Positions 10,917-20,597 are shown, counted from the first letter of the stretch. The stretch is 64,000 nt of DNA from Cyanobacteria bacterium auto_48_18 (GCA_036170915.1 JAVHQC010000032.1:52787-116786), one strand, 5' to 3'. Program-made: numbers and translations. Notes: a model not told the origin generated them from the letters alone.

Positions 10917-11891
10917 GTGCACTCTGCACATCGTTTGCTGCCAGTTTTGGGCATTCTCTGTATCACCAGCCTGCCTTGGCTGATAGAAACGCCGGCTCTG
11001 GCCAGCGGTGATATTTTGCCGGCTTTAAAGCCTTCCATTACCCCCAGGCGCTCAAATGCAGCCCCCGCCACTCAACCTGCGCTCACGGCTGAGGGCCTTT
11101 CTGCTGAAGCGCGGAAGCTGGCGCAAGAATTGGGCATCGATGAAAAATTAGCCAGACTGAAGGCCATCCAGTCAGTTCAAAACGACAGCAGTCTGTTGCG
11201 CGCTTTGCTGCTCAAACAATCGCTGACCGAAATCATTGTTTCTGAGAGTTTTGAGGTGCGCAGCTGCCTGAGCAATCTCGAAACAGAAATTGCCCAGGCC
11301 GATGATTTGCAAGCCTTTTTAGAAGAGCGTCGCGACAAGGCTATTCGCCTCAACACCATTGCCAACTTTCTTTCTGGTGGCATAACCGGTATCGTTGGTG
11401 GTGGTCTCAAACTTGGTGGCGCCAACGAGCAAAGCGCCAACGGCATTGATACAGGTGAAGGCATTACTCAGACAACTCTGGCACTGTGGGCCCTTAAGCA
11501 GCAGGCGGGTGAGAAAAAAATTGTCGAAGGAACACCCAACATGTTGGCGAAATTGTTCGATAAAGACGCCGCGCATACAGAGCGCGATTACCCACCTACG
11601 GTCTGGCACTACCTCAATAGCGTGCCTGAGAACAGTCAAACCGGATTGACCAGGCAGCAAGAGCTGCTCAAGCGCTGGTACAAGCTCAAAGTAATCAGCA
11701 ATAAAAAACAAAACGTCAGCAACAAAGAAGTTGTAGGCCACATTACAGGCACCCACCCGCAGACTATCGTTAGCATTGACTTGCTAGACGCCCGCTCGGC
11801 TATGCTGCACGACGTCAGAGCTCTGGTTTCTGAAATGGACCACCCCCTGCTGGAGCTGATGCAGGCCGTCAAACTTACCAGACTGGAATAA
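10917..11891 (+). CDS. Secreted hypothetical protein (signal peptide, coiled coil, glycine-rich hydrophobic hairpin)
   Basis: GTG start with GAGGA SD; signal peptide ending PALA; NFLSGGITGIVGGGL segment. Confidence 0.75.
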   Translation: MHSAHRLLPVLGILCITSLPWLIETPALASGDILPALKPSITPRRSNAAPATQPALTAEGLSAEARKLAQELGIDEKLARLKAIQSVQNDSSLLRALLLKQSLTEIIVSESFEVRSCLSNLETEIAQADDLQAFLEERRDKAIRLNTIANFLSGGITGIVGGGLKLGGANEQSANGIDTGEGITQTTLALWALKQQAGEKKIVEGTPNMLAKLFDKDAAHTERDYPPTVWHYLNSVPENSQTGLTRQQELLKRWYKLKVISNKKQNVSNKEVVGHITGTHPQTIVSIDLLDARSAMLHDVRALVSEMDHPLLELMQAVKLTRLE

Positions 11892-11949
11892 CGGGTTCAA
11901 ATAGATAGCGCCGCCGCCTTCTGGTGCGGGGTGTCAAATTTTGATTATT

Positions 11950-11998
11950 CCGCCATATAACACTGTAATTACGCCGTAATTACATTGTTATATGGCGG
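11950..11998. repeat. 49-bp near-perfect palindrome (24-bp arms, 1 mismatch, 1-nt centre) followed by a T tract; possible terminator
   Basis: CCGCCATATAACACTGTAATTACG-C-CGTAATTACATTGTTATATGGCGG then TTTTT. Confidence 0.85.
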
Positions 11999-12184
11999 TT
12001 TTTCGCAAAAAAAACAATTCGCTCTAGCCGGGGGCCCACCTGTGCATAACTCTATATACGAATGGATATATCAAAGGTGAGCTGATGGTTCACGAGCTTG
12101 GCTACCGCCTTAAATATAAAGAACAGCCCTGAAGTGCAACCTTGAAATTGTCAGCAGATATGCAAAGTATTTTCAACGGGGGAC

Positions 12185-12212
12185 TTCTCAGCGCCGGCAG
12201 TTTCGCTATAAT
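12185..12212 (+). promoter_or_regulatory. Putative sigma70 promoter for the candidate ncRNA
   Basis: Perfect TATAAT at 12207-12212 and TTCTCA (-35-like) at 12185-12190, 16-nt spacer. Confidence 0.55.
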
Positions 12213-12217
12213 TACAT

Positions 12218-12430
12218 GCATAAACGGTGAGCACTCACCAATCAATAAGTTGAGTGCTTTGAGCCGAGGGGTTAAGTGGAAACACCAGGTCTGCGCAGAC
12301 CAGAAACTGTAGCGATAACCCGCTTACTGTGGATTCTGACTTGAAGCAGTGAGAAATATCGAGTCTACGCAATAGACTGTCAGACGATAGTAAAAAGACC
12401 ACCGCAGATTTATCTGGGTGGTCTTTTTAT
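12218..12430 (+). ncRNA. Candidate structured ncRNA or cis-regulatory RNA of unrecognised family
   Basis: No ORF; at least 7 complementary stems including a GAAA tetraloop and a 6-bp loop-bulge pseudoknot; bounded by a TATAAT promoter and an intrinsic terminator. Confidence 0.65.
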
Positions 12431-12432
12431 TT
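12391..12432 (+). terminator. Rho-independent terminator ending the candidate RNA
   Basis: TAAAAAGACCACC-gcagatttatctg-GGTGGTCTTTTTATTT. Confidence 0.85.
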
Positions 12433-12468
12433 TGCAAATTTGGATTTTAAGTAAGCAAGAAAGTATAT

Positions 12469-13086
12469 ATGTTCATCAATTGTAGCGAAACAAAAACCGA
12501 TCAACTTTATCGCCTCTTAATTGGATCTGTGGTGCCACGGCCCATAGCCTGGGTTTCAAGCGTCAATGACGACGGCATCAACAACCTGGCACCATTTTCT
12601 TTTTTCAATATCTTTAGCGTTAGACCACCACTGCTTGGTTTTGCCCCTGGCTACAAAAGACCGGCAGCAGGCTCGTCTCTGCCAGTGGCAAAAGACACTT
12701 TAGTAAACGTGCGCGCCAGCGGAGAATTTGTCGTCAATGTTGTCAGCCAATCACTGGTTGAACAAATGAATCAATCGAGCGGCGAATTTGCAGCAGATGT
12801 GAGCGAATTTGCAGTGACAGGATTGACACCACAGGCCAGCACTATGGTTAGGCCGCCACGCATTGCCGAAGCTCTCATTGCTATGGAATGCAAGGTTTTT
12901 CATATACATGAACTCGGTGGCTCAGCTCTGGTACTGGGCGAAATTCTTTGTTTGCATTATGCCGATGGTGTGATTGGAACGGACGGCTTAGTTGATCTCG
13001 ACGTGCTGCAGCCAATCGGAAGATTGGGCGGCATATCTTATAGCACTGTGAAAGATCGATTTGATATCGAGCGACCTGAAATCTAG
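12469..13086 (+). CDS. Flavin reductase-like FMN-binding protein (DIM6/NTAB family)
   Basis: VVPRPIAWVSS, NLAPFSFFN, KDT..N....GEFVVN, PIGRLGG..Y. Confidence 0.92.
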   Translation: MFINCSETKTDQLYRLLIGSVVPRPIAWVSSVNDDGINNLAPFSFFNIFSVRPPLLGFAPGYKRPAAGSSLPVAKDTLVNVRASGEFVVNVVSQSLVEQMNQSSGEFAADVSEFAVTGLTPQASTMVRPPRIAEALIAMECKVFHIHELGGSALVLGEILCLHYADGVIGTDGLVDLDVLQPIGRLGGISYSTVKDRFDIERPEI

Positions 13087-13093
13087 ATTCGTC

Positions 13094-14533
13094 TTAAACA
13101 GTCTCAGCCTCAATGCGGCCTTCTTTAATAGCCTGCAGAAGCTTACCGTGATCAAGCCGGTTCTGCTCTCTGTAAGAATCGGCAAACTCAGCGATGGCAC
13201 TGGGCAAGACATTGCCCTTGCCAATATAGCCAGCAATCACAGCTGGATCGCCAGAACGAGCATGAGCCCGAGCCAGAGCCCAACCACAGTTGCGGGCGAA
13301 GCCAAGCATATTCTGTGGACTGAAAATCTCAATCATTGGCTTAACTTTGACATCTCGCAGTTGCCTGACATAAAAATGCTTGCCCTTCTCACTAATGTAG
13401 TGACCAAGAAAGACATCGGTGGCAGCTTGCATTAAGCGCTGACCAGTGACAACCCGTTCGCCATTACACTCATGATTGATGAAATGCGAATAGGGCTCAA
13501 GCACTGACTTGCGAGCCTCCTTAACCTGCAAGAAGAGCGGATCATTTTCTGCAGCAAAAAACAAAGCAATACCACAGACGGTGCCAACGCTACCTACTCC
13601 GACTACTTTTAATGCGTTATCTACAAACTCATAGCGATCAAATAATATGCGCCGCTCAACACTGAGAGACTCGCGGTACATCTTAACTGCTTGCATCATG
13701 CGCTCTTTGTATAGCGGATTATCGCTGTTTTCTTCATGAAAAATAAGCGGTGGTTGGTCTTTAATACGGGGAGTGCCTCCAACTACAGTAGCTAATTTGA
13801 CGAAATCTTCGGCATGATCGCGGTCCAATGCCTTCTTCAATACCTTCTTGCGCCTTTTCTTCAGCACTTTATCATCGGTAAGCTCAATCAATTCCTCATA
13901 ATCAAGATACGAATACCAGGAATCCAGACAGGTCATTTTGGAAAGCTCGTACATGCGGTCGCGATAGCATTCCACCACCCGGGCTGCTGCTGCCATACCC
14001 TCTGAACGCTTGTGGCCATTGTGGGCCGAGGCTATGGCAAAGCTGGCCGCGAGTCTTTTTAAATCCCACTCCCACGAGCAAGGGAAAGTTTCATCGAAAT
14101 CATTAATATCAAAAATAATGTTGCGCTCTGGTGTGGCAAAGGCACCAAAGTTGGCGAGGTGGCAGTCACCGCAAGATTGCACGGCATAATCGGTGGCCCT
14201 AGTGACGGACAAATCAGCGGCCATGATTACCGCTGCACCACGATAGAAAGCGAAAGGCGAAGCCACCATACGACCATAGCGCAGGGGCAAAAGACTTTCA
14301 ATGCGCTCGTGACTGGAAGCGATTAATAAATCCATGGGGTCTTCGCGACCCTGTCGGTCAATAACAAACTCAGAGTGGGCTTCACGGGAGCATTTAACCC
14401 TGAGAGCCTGACCAAACTCATAGCGCTCTTTGGTGGTCTGCAAGTGCATAGGCTTGGTTAAATATTCAGCCTCAATAGCCGGCTGTTTGGCTTGCATGAC
14501 AGGGTGCGGAAGACTTTTTGGATTTTTTTTCAT
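13094..14533 (-). CDS. DUF2252 family protein (kinase-like fold)
   Basis: RYGRMVASPFAFYRGAA, CGDCHLANFG, FDINDFDE, WEWDLKRLAAS, KVVGVGSVGT, LARAHARSGD. Confidence 0.92.
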   Translation of the reverse strand: MKKNPKSLPHPVMQAKQPAIEAEYLTKPMHLQTTKERYEFGQALRVKCSREAHSEFVIDRQGREDPMDLLIASSHERIESLLPLRYGRMVASPFAFYRGAAVIMAADLSVTRATDYAVQSCGDCHLANFGAFATPERNIIFDINDFDETFPCSWEWDLKRLAASFAIASAHNGHKRSEGMAAAARVVECYRDRMYELSKMTCLDSWYSYLDYEELIELTDDKVLKKRRKKVLKKALDRDHAEDFVKLATVVGGTPRIKDQPPLIFHEENSDNPLYKERMMQAVKMYRESLSVERRILFDRYEFVDNALKVVGVGSVGTVCGIALFFAAENDPLFLQVKEARKSVLEPYSHFINHECNGERVVTGQRLMQAATDVFLGHYISEKGKHFYVRQLRDVKVKPMIEIFSPQNMLGFARNCGWALARAHARSGDPAVIAGYIGKGNVLPSAIAEFADSYREQNRLDHGKLLQAIKEGRIEAETV

Positions 14534-14579
14534 TGATAATTATGGGTTCTGGAATTCGAAGCGATCACGTTTGACTGTT

Positions 14580-15389
14580 CTAGCGGCTTCTCAATGTATT
14601 CGCGCTGCCTGCATTGGCAACGCTCGGATTCGAAGTGCGAATCCACTTCACATCGTTAGCACTTCCATTTACTTGAACATGGCGTACGGTATCGCAGGTG
14701 ATGTCATTTCCACTACCGTTTAAAATCAGAGCGTTGATTGGACCGGTAAATTTGATATTACAAGAACTCGCGTTAAGAACTACATTGCCACCATTGCATG
14801 CAACGGTTCCGTCAAAGTTACTGTTATCGAGGACAATATCAGCGCCTACGCCGATAGCATCCATTTTTACAGCGGTTCGTGGACCGTTAACTTCAATTGA
14901 AGGCCTCTCTTCAGAGACATGTACAGATTTGACGACTACTGTTTTATCTGTAGATTCGCTCGTGTCAAGGATGTTTGCTAGCTTCGAAACGCGTAGACTG
15001 ATTGATCCGGTTCCCACCGCTCCAATAGTATCTAACTCAAGTTTTTCGACTCTGGTAATAAGTGGAATACTCTGATTCTCTTTACCATACGCTTGTTTTT
15101 CCAGCTTGGCTACACGCTGAGGCAGCGAAAGTCCACTCACCGAATTGGTTCTAACCCGCGTTGAGACAGTGCCATTTTTCTTCGAAGAACGAACATTGAC
15201 GGCTTGATGTGGCTTTCTAACAGAAATTCCGCCCGAGTTGATCTTTACGGTCTCTCCGCCGTGCCTGACATTTATGCCATCACCGCCTATAGTCACCGTG
15301 CCTTCGTCTGTTTGAATATTGAATTGGGCTTGTGAAGCTTGAGCCGATGTCATCATGGCCAGAACCAAAAGCAACTGGTAACTCCTCAT
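14580..15389 (-). CDS. Secreted protein with a C-terminal beta-solenoid (DUF3060-like)
   Basis: Start reassigned to ATG 15389 (GGAGG SD, signal peptide MRSYQLLLVLAMM..AQA); repeated LNGSGN/VNGSAN units. Confidence 0.7.
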   Translation of the reverse strand: MRSYQLLLVLAMMTSAQASQAQFNIQTDEGTVTIGGDGINVRHGGETVKINSGGISVRKPHQAVNVRSSKKNGTVSTRVRTNSVSGLSLPQRVAKLEKQAYGKENQSIPLITRVEKLELDTIGAVGTGSISLRVSKLANILDTSESTDKTVVVKSVHVSEERPSIEVNGPRTAVKMDAIGVGADIVLDNSNFDGTVACNGGNVVLNASSCNIKFTGPINALILNGSGNDITCDTVRHVQVNGSANDVKWIRTSNPSVANAGSANTLRSR

Positions 15390-15544
15390 ACGCACCTCCA
15401 GCAAATATCCGTTTCCGAACCTGCATATGATAGCATCGCCTCGGACCTTAGATTCAGCGAACGGCTCAGCGCTGCCACGTATCCTTGCCGACCTCCTTGT
15501 AATTCCCAGTGATGGTGGCATCGAGCGCAAAACACAAGAACTAA

Positions 15545-16102
15545 TTAACTAGCCTGCCGCAAATCTTCGAAAACTTCAGTGGCCGACTCCGCACCGCTGT
15601 TTTGAATAGCTAAAGCAAATATCGACATCTCGCGGCTCTCTGAAACCAGGTCAACTTTTCCGTAGCGCATCAGGTCTGATAGCGCCTGTAAAAACATAAT
15701 CCGCGATTCTTCTTCGTTCTCATCACTACAATCGGAGCCACCGAGTGCAAACTTTCTAAATTGCACAAATTCGCCTTGTGGGCTGTGAATCTTATAAATA
15801 CGCCCTTCTAGTTTTAACTGTTTCAGCAGAGCATCTTTGGCTCCTGCCAGAGTTGAAATCTGAATCGGCTGCTTCAGCTCAAATAGATCCAAGTACTCAT
15901 TAGTTAGCACAAGCTCGGTAGCGCCCTCTTCTACAAGTGCATCGAGGGCACGCAAATAAAGCACTCTTGTCTCTTCAGGATGGTCGAAGGCATGTTTGCA
16001 CTTCACAAATTCAGTCCCATCAACCTTCACTTTGCTAATCGTGTTCATAGTATTCGATGCTTCACGCAGCAAAGCTATTTTTGTTTGTTCTAGTTGATTC
16101 AT
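15545..16102 (-). CDS. Hypothetical protein made of two internal repeats
   Basis: GAGGT SD; repeats GTEFV...EETRVLYLRALDALVEEG and QGEFV...EESRIMFLQALSDLMRYG. Confidence 0.7.
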   Translation of the reverse strand: MNQLEQTKIALLREASNTMNTISKVKVDGTEFVKCKHAFDHPEETRVLYLRALDALVEEGATELVLTNEYLDLFELKQPIQISTLAGAKDALLKQLKLEGRIYKIHSPQGEFVQFRKFALGGSDCSDENEEESRIMFLQALSDLMRYGKVDLVSESREMSIFALAIQNSGAESATEVFEDLRQAS

Positions 16103-16227
16103 AGCCAGCTACCTCGAGAAACAGCCTTTCAGATAGTCATGACATCTAAAATCGGCTTGAGTTCCATATATTTGACCGGCGAAGTTAAATAGTGCATTCC
16201 CGCGGCCTGTCTACCGGTACCAATATT

Positions 16228-16509
16228 TCAACAGGAGCGATCAATATCTGGACGCGGACCCGAGTAGCTACAAGCGTTGCATTTCACCGTGTTTTCGAAA
16301 ACGGTCCAGTCGCATGCAGAGATACACGTTCTCGACGACCGACGCTTTTCTTCTATTTCAAAAGGCTCTTCGATTACTGTTCGAAAAATTTGTTCGCAGA
16401 ACGAACATCTCATCACCTGGACGTTGCCCTCAACACCGAGCACTGGTCCGTAATGCTTGCTGCCGCACAATTTTAATTCGAAATCATCCATAAGGTCCAC
16501 AGGGTCCAT
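16228..16509 (-). CDS. Small cysteine-rich (zinc-ribbon-like) protein
   Basis: CSFC, CISAC and CNAC motifs in 93 aa. Confidence 0.55.
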   Translation of the reverse strand: MDPVDLMDDFELKLCGSKHYGPVLGVEGNVQVMRCSFCEQIFRTVIEEPFEIEEKRRSSRTCISACDWTVFENTVKCNACSYSGPRPDIDRSC

Positions 16510-16674
16510 AGGTAGGCTTGGATTGTCTCAAGCACAGTTAAAAATTAATTGTATTGGGATAGAGTGGCGAAAGCGATGCTCCGCCGAGTACATCAAGTTT
16601 AACAAGGAAGACAGGGCGGGTAAATATCTCTGGAAAGAGTTGCTGAGCGAAACGACCATTAGGCAAAGAATCCA

Positions 16675-17373
16675 GTGAATATTTTCGGCGAACTATTCGA
16701 CAAAGGCAAGCAATCACCGCCCATCAGCTGGGTCAAGTTTGACAATGGCGACTTCCAACTATTGGTGGATGAGCCTTCTAAGATATTCTGGAAAAACCCG
16801 TCCGGAATAGTTCAATTGATACAGTATGAGGGTAGAGCCGACTGGCTCTTTGACCTGGACGATATGGACGCCGCGCGTCTTTTTTACGGCGATCAATGTA
16901 TTTCGTTCGGTGGCGTCATGCTCTGTCTCGACAAAACAACAATATCCGGTGTCGACATTTTGCACGGCATATTTAAATATCGTGCCGTTGATATGGGCAT
17001 GGCGATGCATTTTATCGGCATTATCTGGATTCCATTTGAGGACCGTATCTGGCAGCTGAATATCGAGTCAATTGAGCATGGCACGACTGGTCTGCGTGAG
17101 GCGCTAGTCTTCAACATGCATCCTGAGCTTGAGCGAGAGGTCAGGCAAATACCTGAAGAAATAAGCAGCAAATTCACGTGCCAGGAAGATGTTCACGCTT
17201 ATATCAAAGCTCAGCCGCTTCATGTTCTGGCCTCTGATGAAGAGCGTTTTGACAGTATCGTGGAGGTGCATCCGCTGACACTTGTGCGCAGACGTCTGCG
17301 CCGAGTGCTTGAGACAATGGAGTTTGCGCCCGAAGTGCCGCAGCTAAAAAAATTCAAAGTACAGAATATGTGA
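16675..17373 (+). CDS. Hypothetical protein
   Basis: 232-aa ORF with normal globular composition; longest ORF in the region. Confidence 0.7.
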   Translation: MNIFGELFDKGKQSPPISWVKFDNGDFQLLVDEPSKIFWKNPSGIVQLIQYEGRADWLFDLDDMDAARLFYGDQCISFGGVMLCLDKTTISGVDILHGIFKYRAVDMGMAMHFIGIIWIPFEDRIWQLNIESIEHGTTGLREALVFNMHPELEREVRQIPEEISSKFTCQEDVHAYIKAQPLHVLASDEERFDSIVEVHPLTLVRRRLRRVLETMEFAPEVPQLKKFKVQNM

Positions 17374-17683
17374 CGACAATTATCAGCTTCGGTTTGACCA
17401 GAACACCACATCTGGTGCCAGTAACCTAGTATTCTCCCCGACAACATTCCGCGCCTACTCCGTCTGCTTCGTCAGTCAAAAGTCACAGCAATGCTGATCC
17501 CGATATTTATTCCGACATTGGCCGGGATTTCGAAGGCAAAACGCATTGACCAACCAGGGCTCTCAGGAAGTTGTTGAACAGCGCGAATGCCCTACAACTA
17601 TTTATCCGCTCAGTCATTTATAATTGAATTTCGCTGCTCTCCTTGTAGCCAAAGCAAATGCAATACTCTGACGAATTTTCTGA

Positions 17684-18628
17684 ATGAATGTTTGGCGGTA
17701 CAATTTAAGAGTATTAGGACCATCGAGTATGTGGCTGGCATTGCTGCTCTTCATTATGAGTTGCGCGGGTTCACACGGTGCTCATTGCAGCGAAGAAGCA
17801 AAAACTAAGCCTTCCCCTGATTCGACAGTGCTCACGGATGTTCTGGTATTCCACCAGGATTCCGGTGCCTTAGGAAAGACCGCTCTTTTCTTAGGCAAAG
17901 ATGGCGGTCGATTTGAAATTCACAATGGCAACATCATAGCCAGTTGCTGCGCGCCAAAATGGGATATCTTCTATTATTCAAAGTCGAAAAAAATGGCGTA
18001 CGTCAAGTCGACGGTAAACCTAAGAGGAGACAGGCTCCAATTCTTCGATACTCCGATCGAGTTGAGTGTTGGAAAGGTTTCAAGAAAAAAGAATCCAACC
18101 CTTCATCTGGATTACAGAGAATTTTTTGTGGATGGATCAAAGATAGCAAATCCAGTGAGCGACCCGGTCTTCTTCCAACAGCGTTCTCGCCGCGTTGTTA
18201 GAGATGTAATTTATGAAGTTGCTGATATTGGCCAAATCAAGCCGGAATTGCAAAATTTCATCTGGTTTGTATTCGGTCATCGAAACTTGCCTGGAGTTCC
18301 GCTAGACCTGAAGATAAGCTTCACCAACAGCAAAATCGATAATTCCTTGAGCACACTTTCTGTGGAGAAAGTGCGCAAGGCGAACTCATTTTTCGCGCCC
18401 CCTAAAGATTTTGGTAGAACCAATGATAAAAAAGAAATTTCATACTCTGACGACTATAAGTCCACAATTGATGACCTTTTTAGTACGTCGGCACCGCTTA
18501 AAATAGTTAGAGATTTACAGCTTACAGTGGGGCTAATTTCGAGATCTAGATGCAGTAGCATACGCTTGGGATGCCCCTGCTGCAGCGCCATAGCCGGCAT
18601 GTGCCAATATCTCGAGCGAAAGATTTGA
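17684..18628 (+). CDS. Hypothetical exported protein (start uncertain)
   Basis: Signal-like WLALLLFIMSC segment and a beta-rich body. The C-terminal ~35 aa look atypical. Confidence 0.6.
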   Translation: MNVWRYNLRVLGPSSMWLALLLFIMSCAGSHGAHCSEEAKTKPSPDSTVLTDVLVFHQDSGALGKTALFLGKDGGRFEIHNGNIIASCCAPKWDIFYYSKSKKMAYVKSTVNLRGDRLQFFDTPIELSVGKVSRKKNPTLHLDYREFFVDGSKIANPVSDPVFFQQRSRRVVRDVIYEVADIGQIKPELQNFIWFVFGHRNLPGVPLDLKISFTNSKIDNSLSTLSVEKVRKANSFFAPPKDFGRTNDKKEISYSDDYKSTIDDLFSTSAPLKIVRDLQLTVGLISRSRCSSIRLGCPCCSAIAGMCQYLERKI

Positions 18629-18672
18629 TCAAAAGCTAACATTGAAAACGAGGGCTTCATAAGGGGCAAATT

Positions 18673-20100
18673 ATGAAAGTAAAGATGATTCTGTCGGCTC
18701 TGACTGAGGCTAAAAGTCCATTTTTTCGGCCAATTAAATATTCGCTTTTCCCACCATTGGGTTTAGCGACCTTGGCTGCTTATTTAAATAACGATGACGA
18801 AATCTCCATCGTCGACGAGCATGTCGAAGAGCTAACTCTAGATGATGAGCCAGATCTTGTGGTGATCCAGGCCTACATTACTTCTGCTTATCGCTCTTAT
18901 CAGATTGCAGATCACTACAGAAAAAAGGGCTGCTACGTAGTGATGGGTGGTTTGCATGTTACATCTTTACCAGATGAAGCGGCGCAGCATGCTGACACCA
19001 TTATTCTCGGACCAGCCGGCGACGCATGGACGCGGTTTCTTACTGACTTTCGCGCAAAGTGCCCGGAGAAGCAATACGTTGCAACAGTGCGTACTTTAGA
19101 TGGCAAACCGCCCATTCGTCGAGACTTAATCAAAAGAGAGCGCTACTTGTGCCCCAATTCAATTGTGGTATCTAGGGGCTGCCCTCATACTTGCGACTTT
19201 TGCTATAAAGAAGCTTTCTACAGCGGTGGCCGCTCATTTTACACTCAGCTAGTTGATGAAGCTCTGGCCGAAATTGATCGGTTGCCTGGCAGACACATCT
19301 ACTTTTTAGATGACCACTTGCTTGGTAATGAACGATTTGCTAACGCACTATTTGACGGCATGATAGGAATGGGAAAAGTGTTTCAGGCGGCATCTACGGT
19401 GCAGGCCATTCTCAAACCCAACTTACTTGAAAAAGCAGCCAGAGCTGGTCTGCGCAGTGTGTTTGTCGGTTTCGAAACTCTCGATTCTACTAATTTAAGC
19501 GACCATGATAAATATCAGAATTTGAATCGTGATTATGGTGTGGCCATCAAACGAGTGCATGATTGTGGCGTCATGGTGAACGGCAGCTTTGTATTTGGCA
19601 TGGATAACGATGATGAAACTGTCTTCGATCGCACCGTCGACTGGGCGGTGGCTAATAGTGTCGAAACCGCTACCTTTCACATAATGACACCTTATCCAAG
19701 CACCGAACTGTATAAGCGTATGGTGGCAGAAAACAGAATGCTGCATCAGCAGTGGGATCTTTATGACACCAGGCACGTTGTTTACAAGCCGGCCAAACTC
19801 ACCGCTGAGACTTTAGAGCGCGGCTACTGGCACGCCTACAAAGAGTTTTACAGCTGGAATAATCTTTTCAAAAGTGCCACCAAGAAAAGCGATGTGCATG
19901 CACAGCTGCGCCATCTATCTTATGCCGGCGGTTGGAAAAAATTCGAGCCTGTCTGGGACCTTTTAATTCGTACGCGTCAAGTTACACGAATGTTGCCCAT
20001 GCTGGAATCGGTGCTGGCAGCCTACGGCCGTTTTCAATCGCCGCAGCATGATAATTCGCCAAAGCGTGCTGAAGTGGTGGCAACCTCAGGAATTCACTGA
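18673..20100 (+). CDS. B12-binding radical SAM enzyme (class B-like)
   Basis: PPLGLATLAA cobalamin-binding domain, VVMGGLH, SRGCPHTCDFC (CxxxCxxC), FLDD, GFET. Confidence 0.93.
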   Translation: MKVKMILSALTEAKSPFFRPIKYSLFPPLGLATLAAYLNNDDEISIVDEHVEELTLDDEPDLVVIQAYITSAYRSYQIADHYRKKGCYVVMGGLHVTSLPDEAAQHADTIILGPAGDAWTRFLTDFRAKCPEKQYVATVRTLDGKPPIRRDLIKRERYLCPNSIVVSRGCPHTCDFCYKEAFYSGGRSFYTQLVDEALAEIDRLPGRHIYFLDDHLLGNERFANALFDGMIGMGKVFQAASTVQAILKPNLLEKAARAGLRSVFVGFETLDSTNLSDHDKYQNLNRDYGVAIKRVHDCGVMVNGSFVFGMDNDDETVFDRTVDWAVANSVETATFHIMTPYPSTELYKRMVAENRMLHQQWDLYDTRHVVYKPAKLTAETLERGYWHAYKEFYSWNNLFKSATKKSDVHAQLRHLSYAGGWKKFEPVWDLLIRTRQVTRMLPMLESVLAAYGRFQSPQHDNSPKRAEVVATSGIH

Positions 20101-20120
20101 GCCAATCAACTCAATTACGC

Positions 20121-20597
20121 TTGGTCGCCGTTGCCAAAGACGCTGAACTCGATAGAAGTGAAATTAGAGCAGGCTTGAAGAGCGGTGATACCAGTATCTA
20201 CGACAAGTTGATGCTTAACAGCCTCGAACTCAACTACGATTTGATTAAAGCCAGTCATGAAGATGGCGCTGAAAAAGCCTGGTTTGGTCAGGAGCCTGAT
20301 CTCGACGTGATTACACGAGGCGATGCTGAAGCGTACTTAGCGAAAAGTGAAGATGAGCGCTTGAATTCGCAGTACCGAGAATTGGTACTGCCATTGATCG
20401 AAGGTATAAACCCACTGGATAAGCAGCTAAGTGTCGATGGCAAAGGCGAGAATTTGTCACTATTTCGGCTTCTTCAATATCAGCAAACCCATCCAGAGGT
20501 TACTCGAAGATCTGAGGCCGTCAAAAACATTCTTGATGCATACTACGATGTAAATCACCCACTGCATCCTGGAATCAGTCGTGTTATCCGTCAGTGA
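20121..20597 (+). CDS. Hypothetical protein, possibly a gene fragment
   Basis: 158-aa ORF, TTG start with no clear SD. Confidence 0.45.
   Translation: MVAVAKDAELDRSEIRAGLKSGDTSIYDKLMLNSLELNYDLIKASHEDGAEKAWFGQEPDLDVITRGDAEAYLAKSEDERLNSQYRELVLPLIEGINPLDKQLSVDGKGENLSLFRLLQYQQTHPEVTRRSEAVKNILDAYYDVNHPLHPGISRVIRQ

Noticed and set aside
12041..12049. DnaA box (TTATGCACA on the minus strand) suggesting an origin
   Set aside because: Single box with no cluster and no dnaA/dnaN context; expected by chance.
12218..12430. FMN riboswitch or 6S RNA identity for the structured RNA
   Set aside because: No AGGGCAGGGTGAAATTCCC-type FMN consensus, and the 5' and 3' ends do not pair into the long rod expected of 6S RNA.
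17374..17683. Possible pseudogene or RNA in the 310-bp gap
   Set aside because: No recognisable protein motif in the frames read and no convincing stem set.
18490..18628. Possible frameshift or read-through tail on the 17684..18628 ORF
   Set aside because: The tail looks atypical and an out-of-frame stop lies near 18504, but this cannot be established without homologs.
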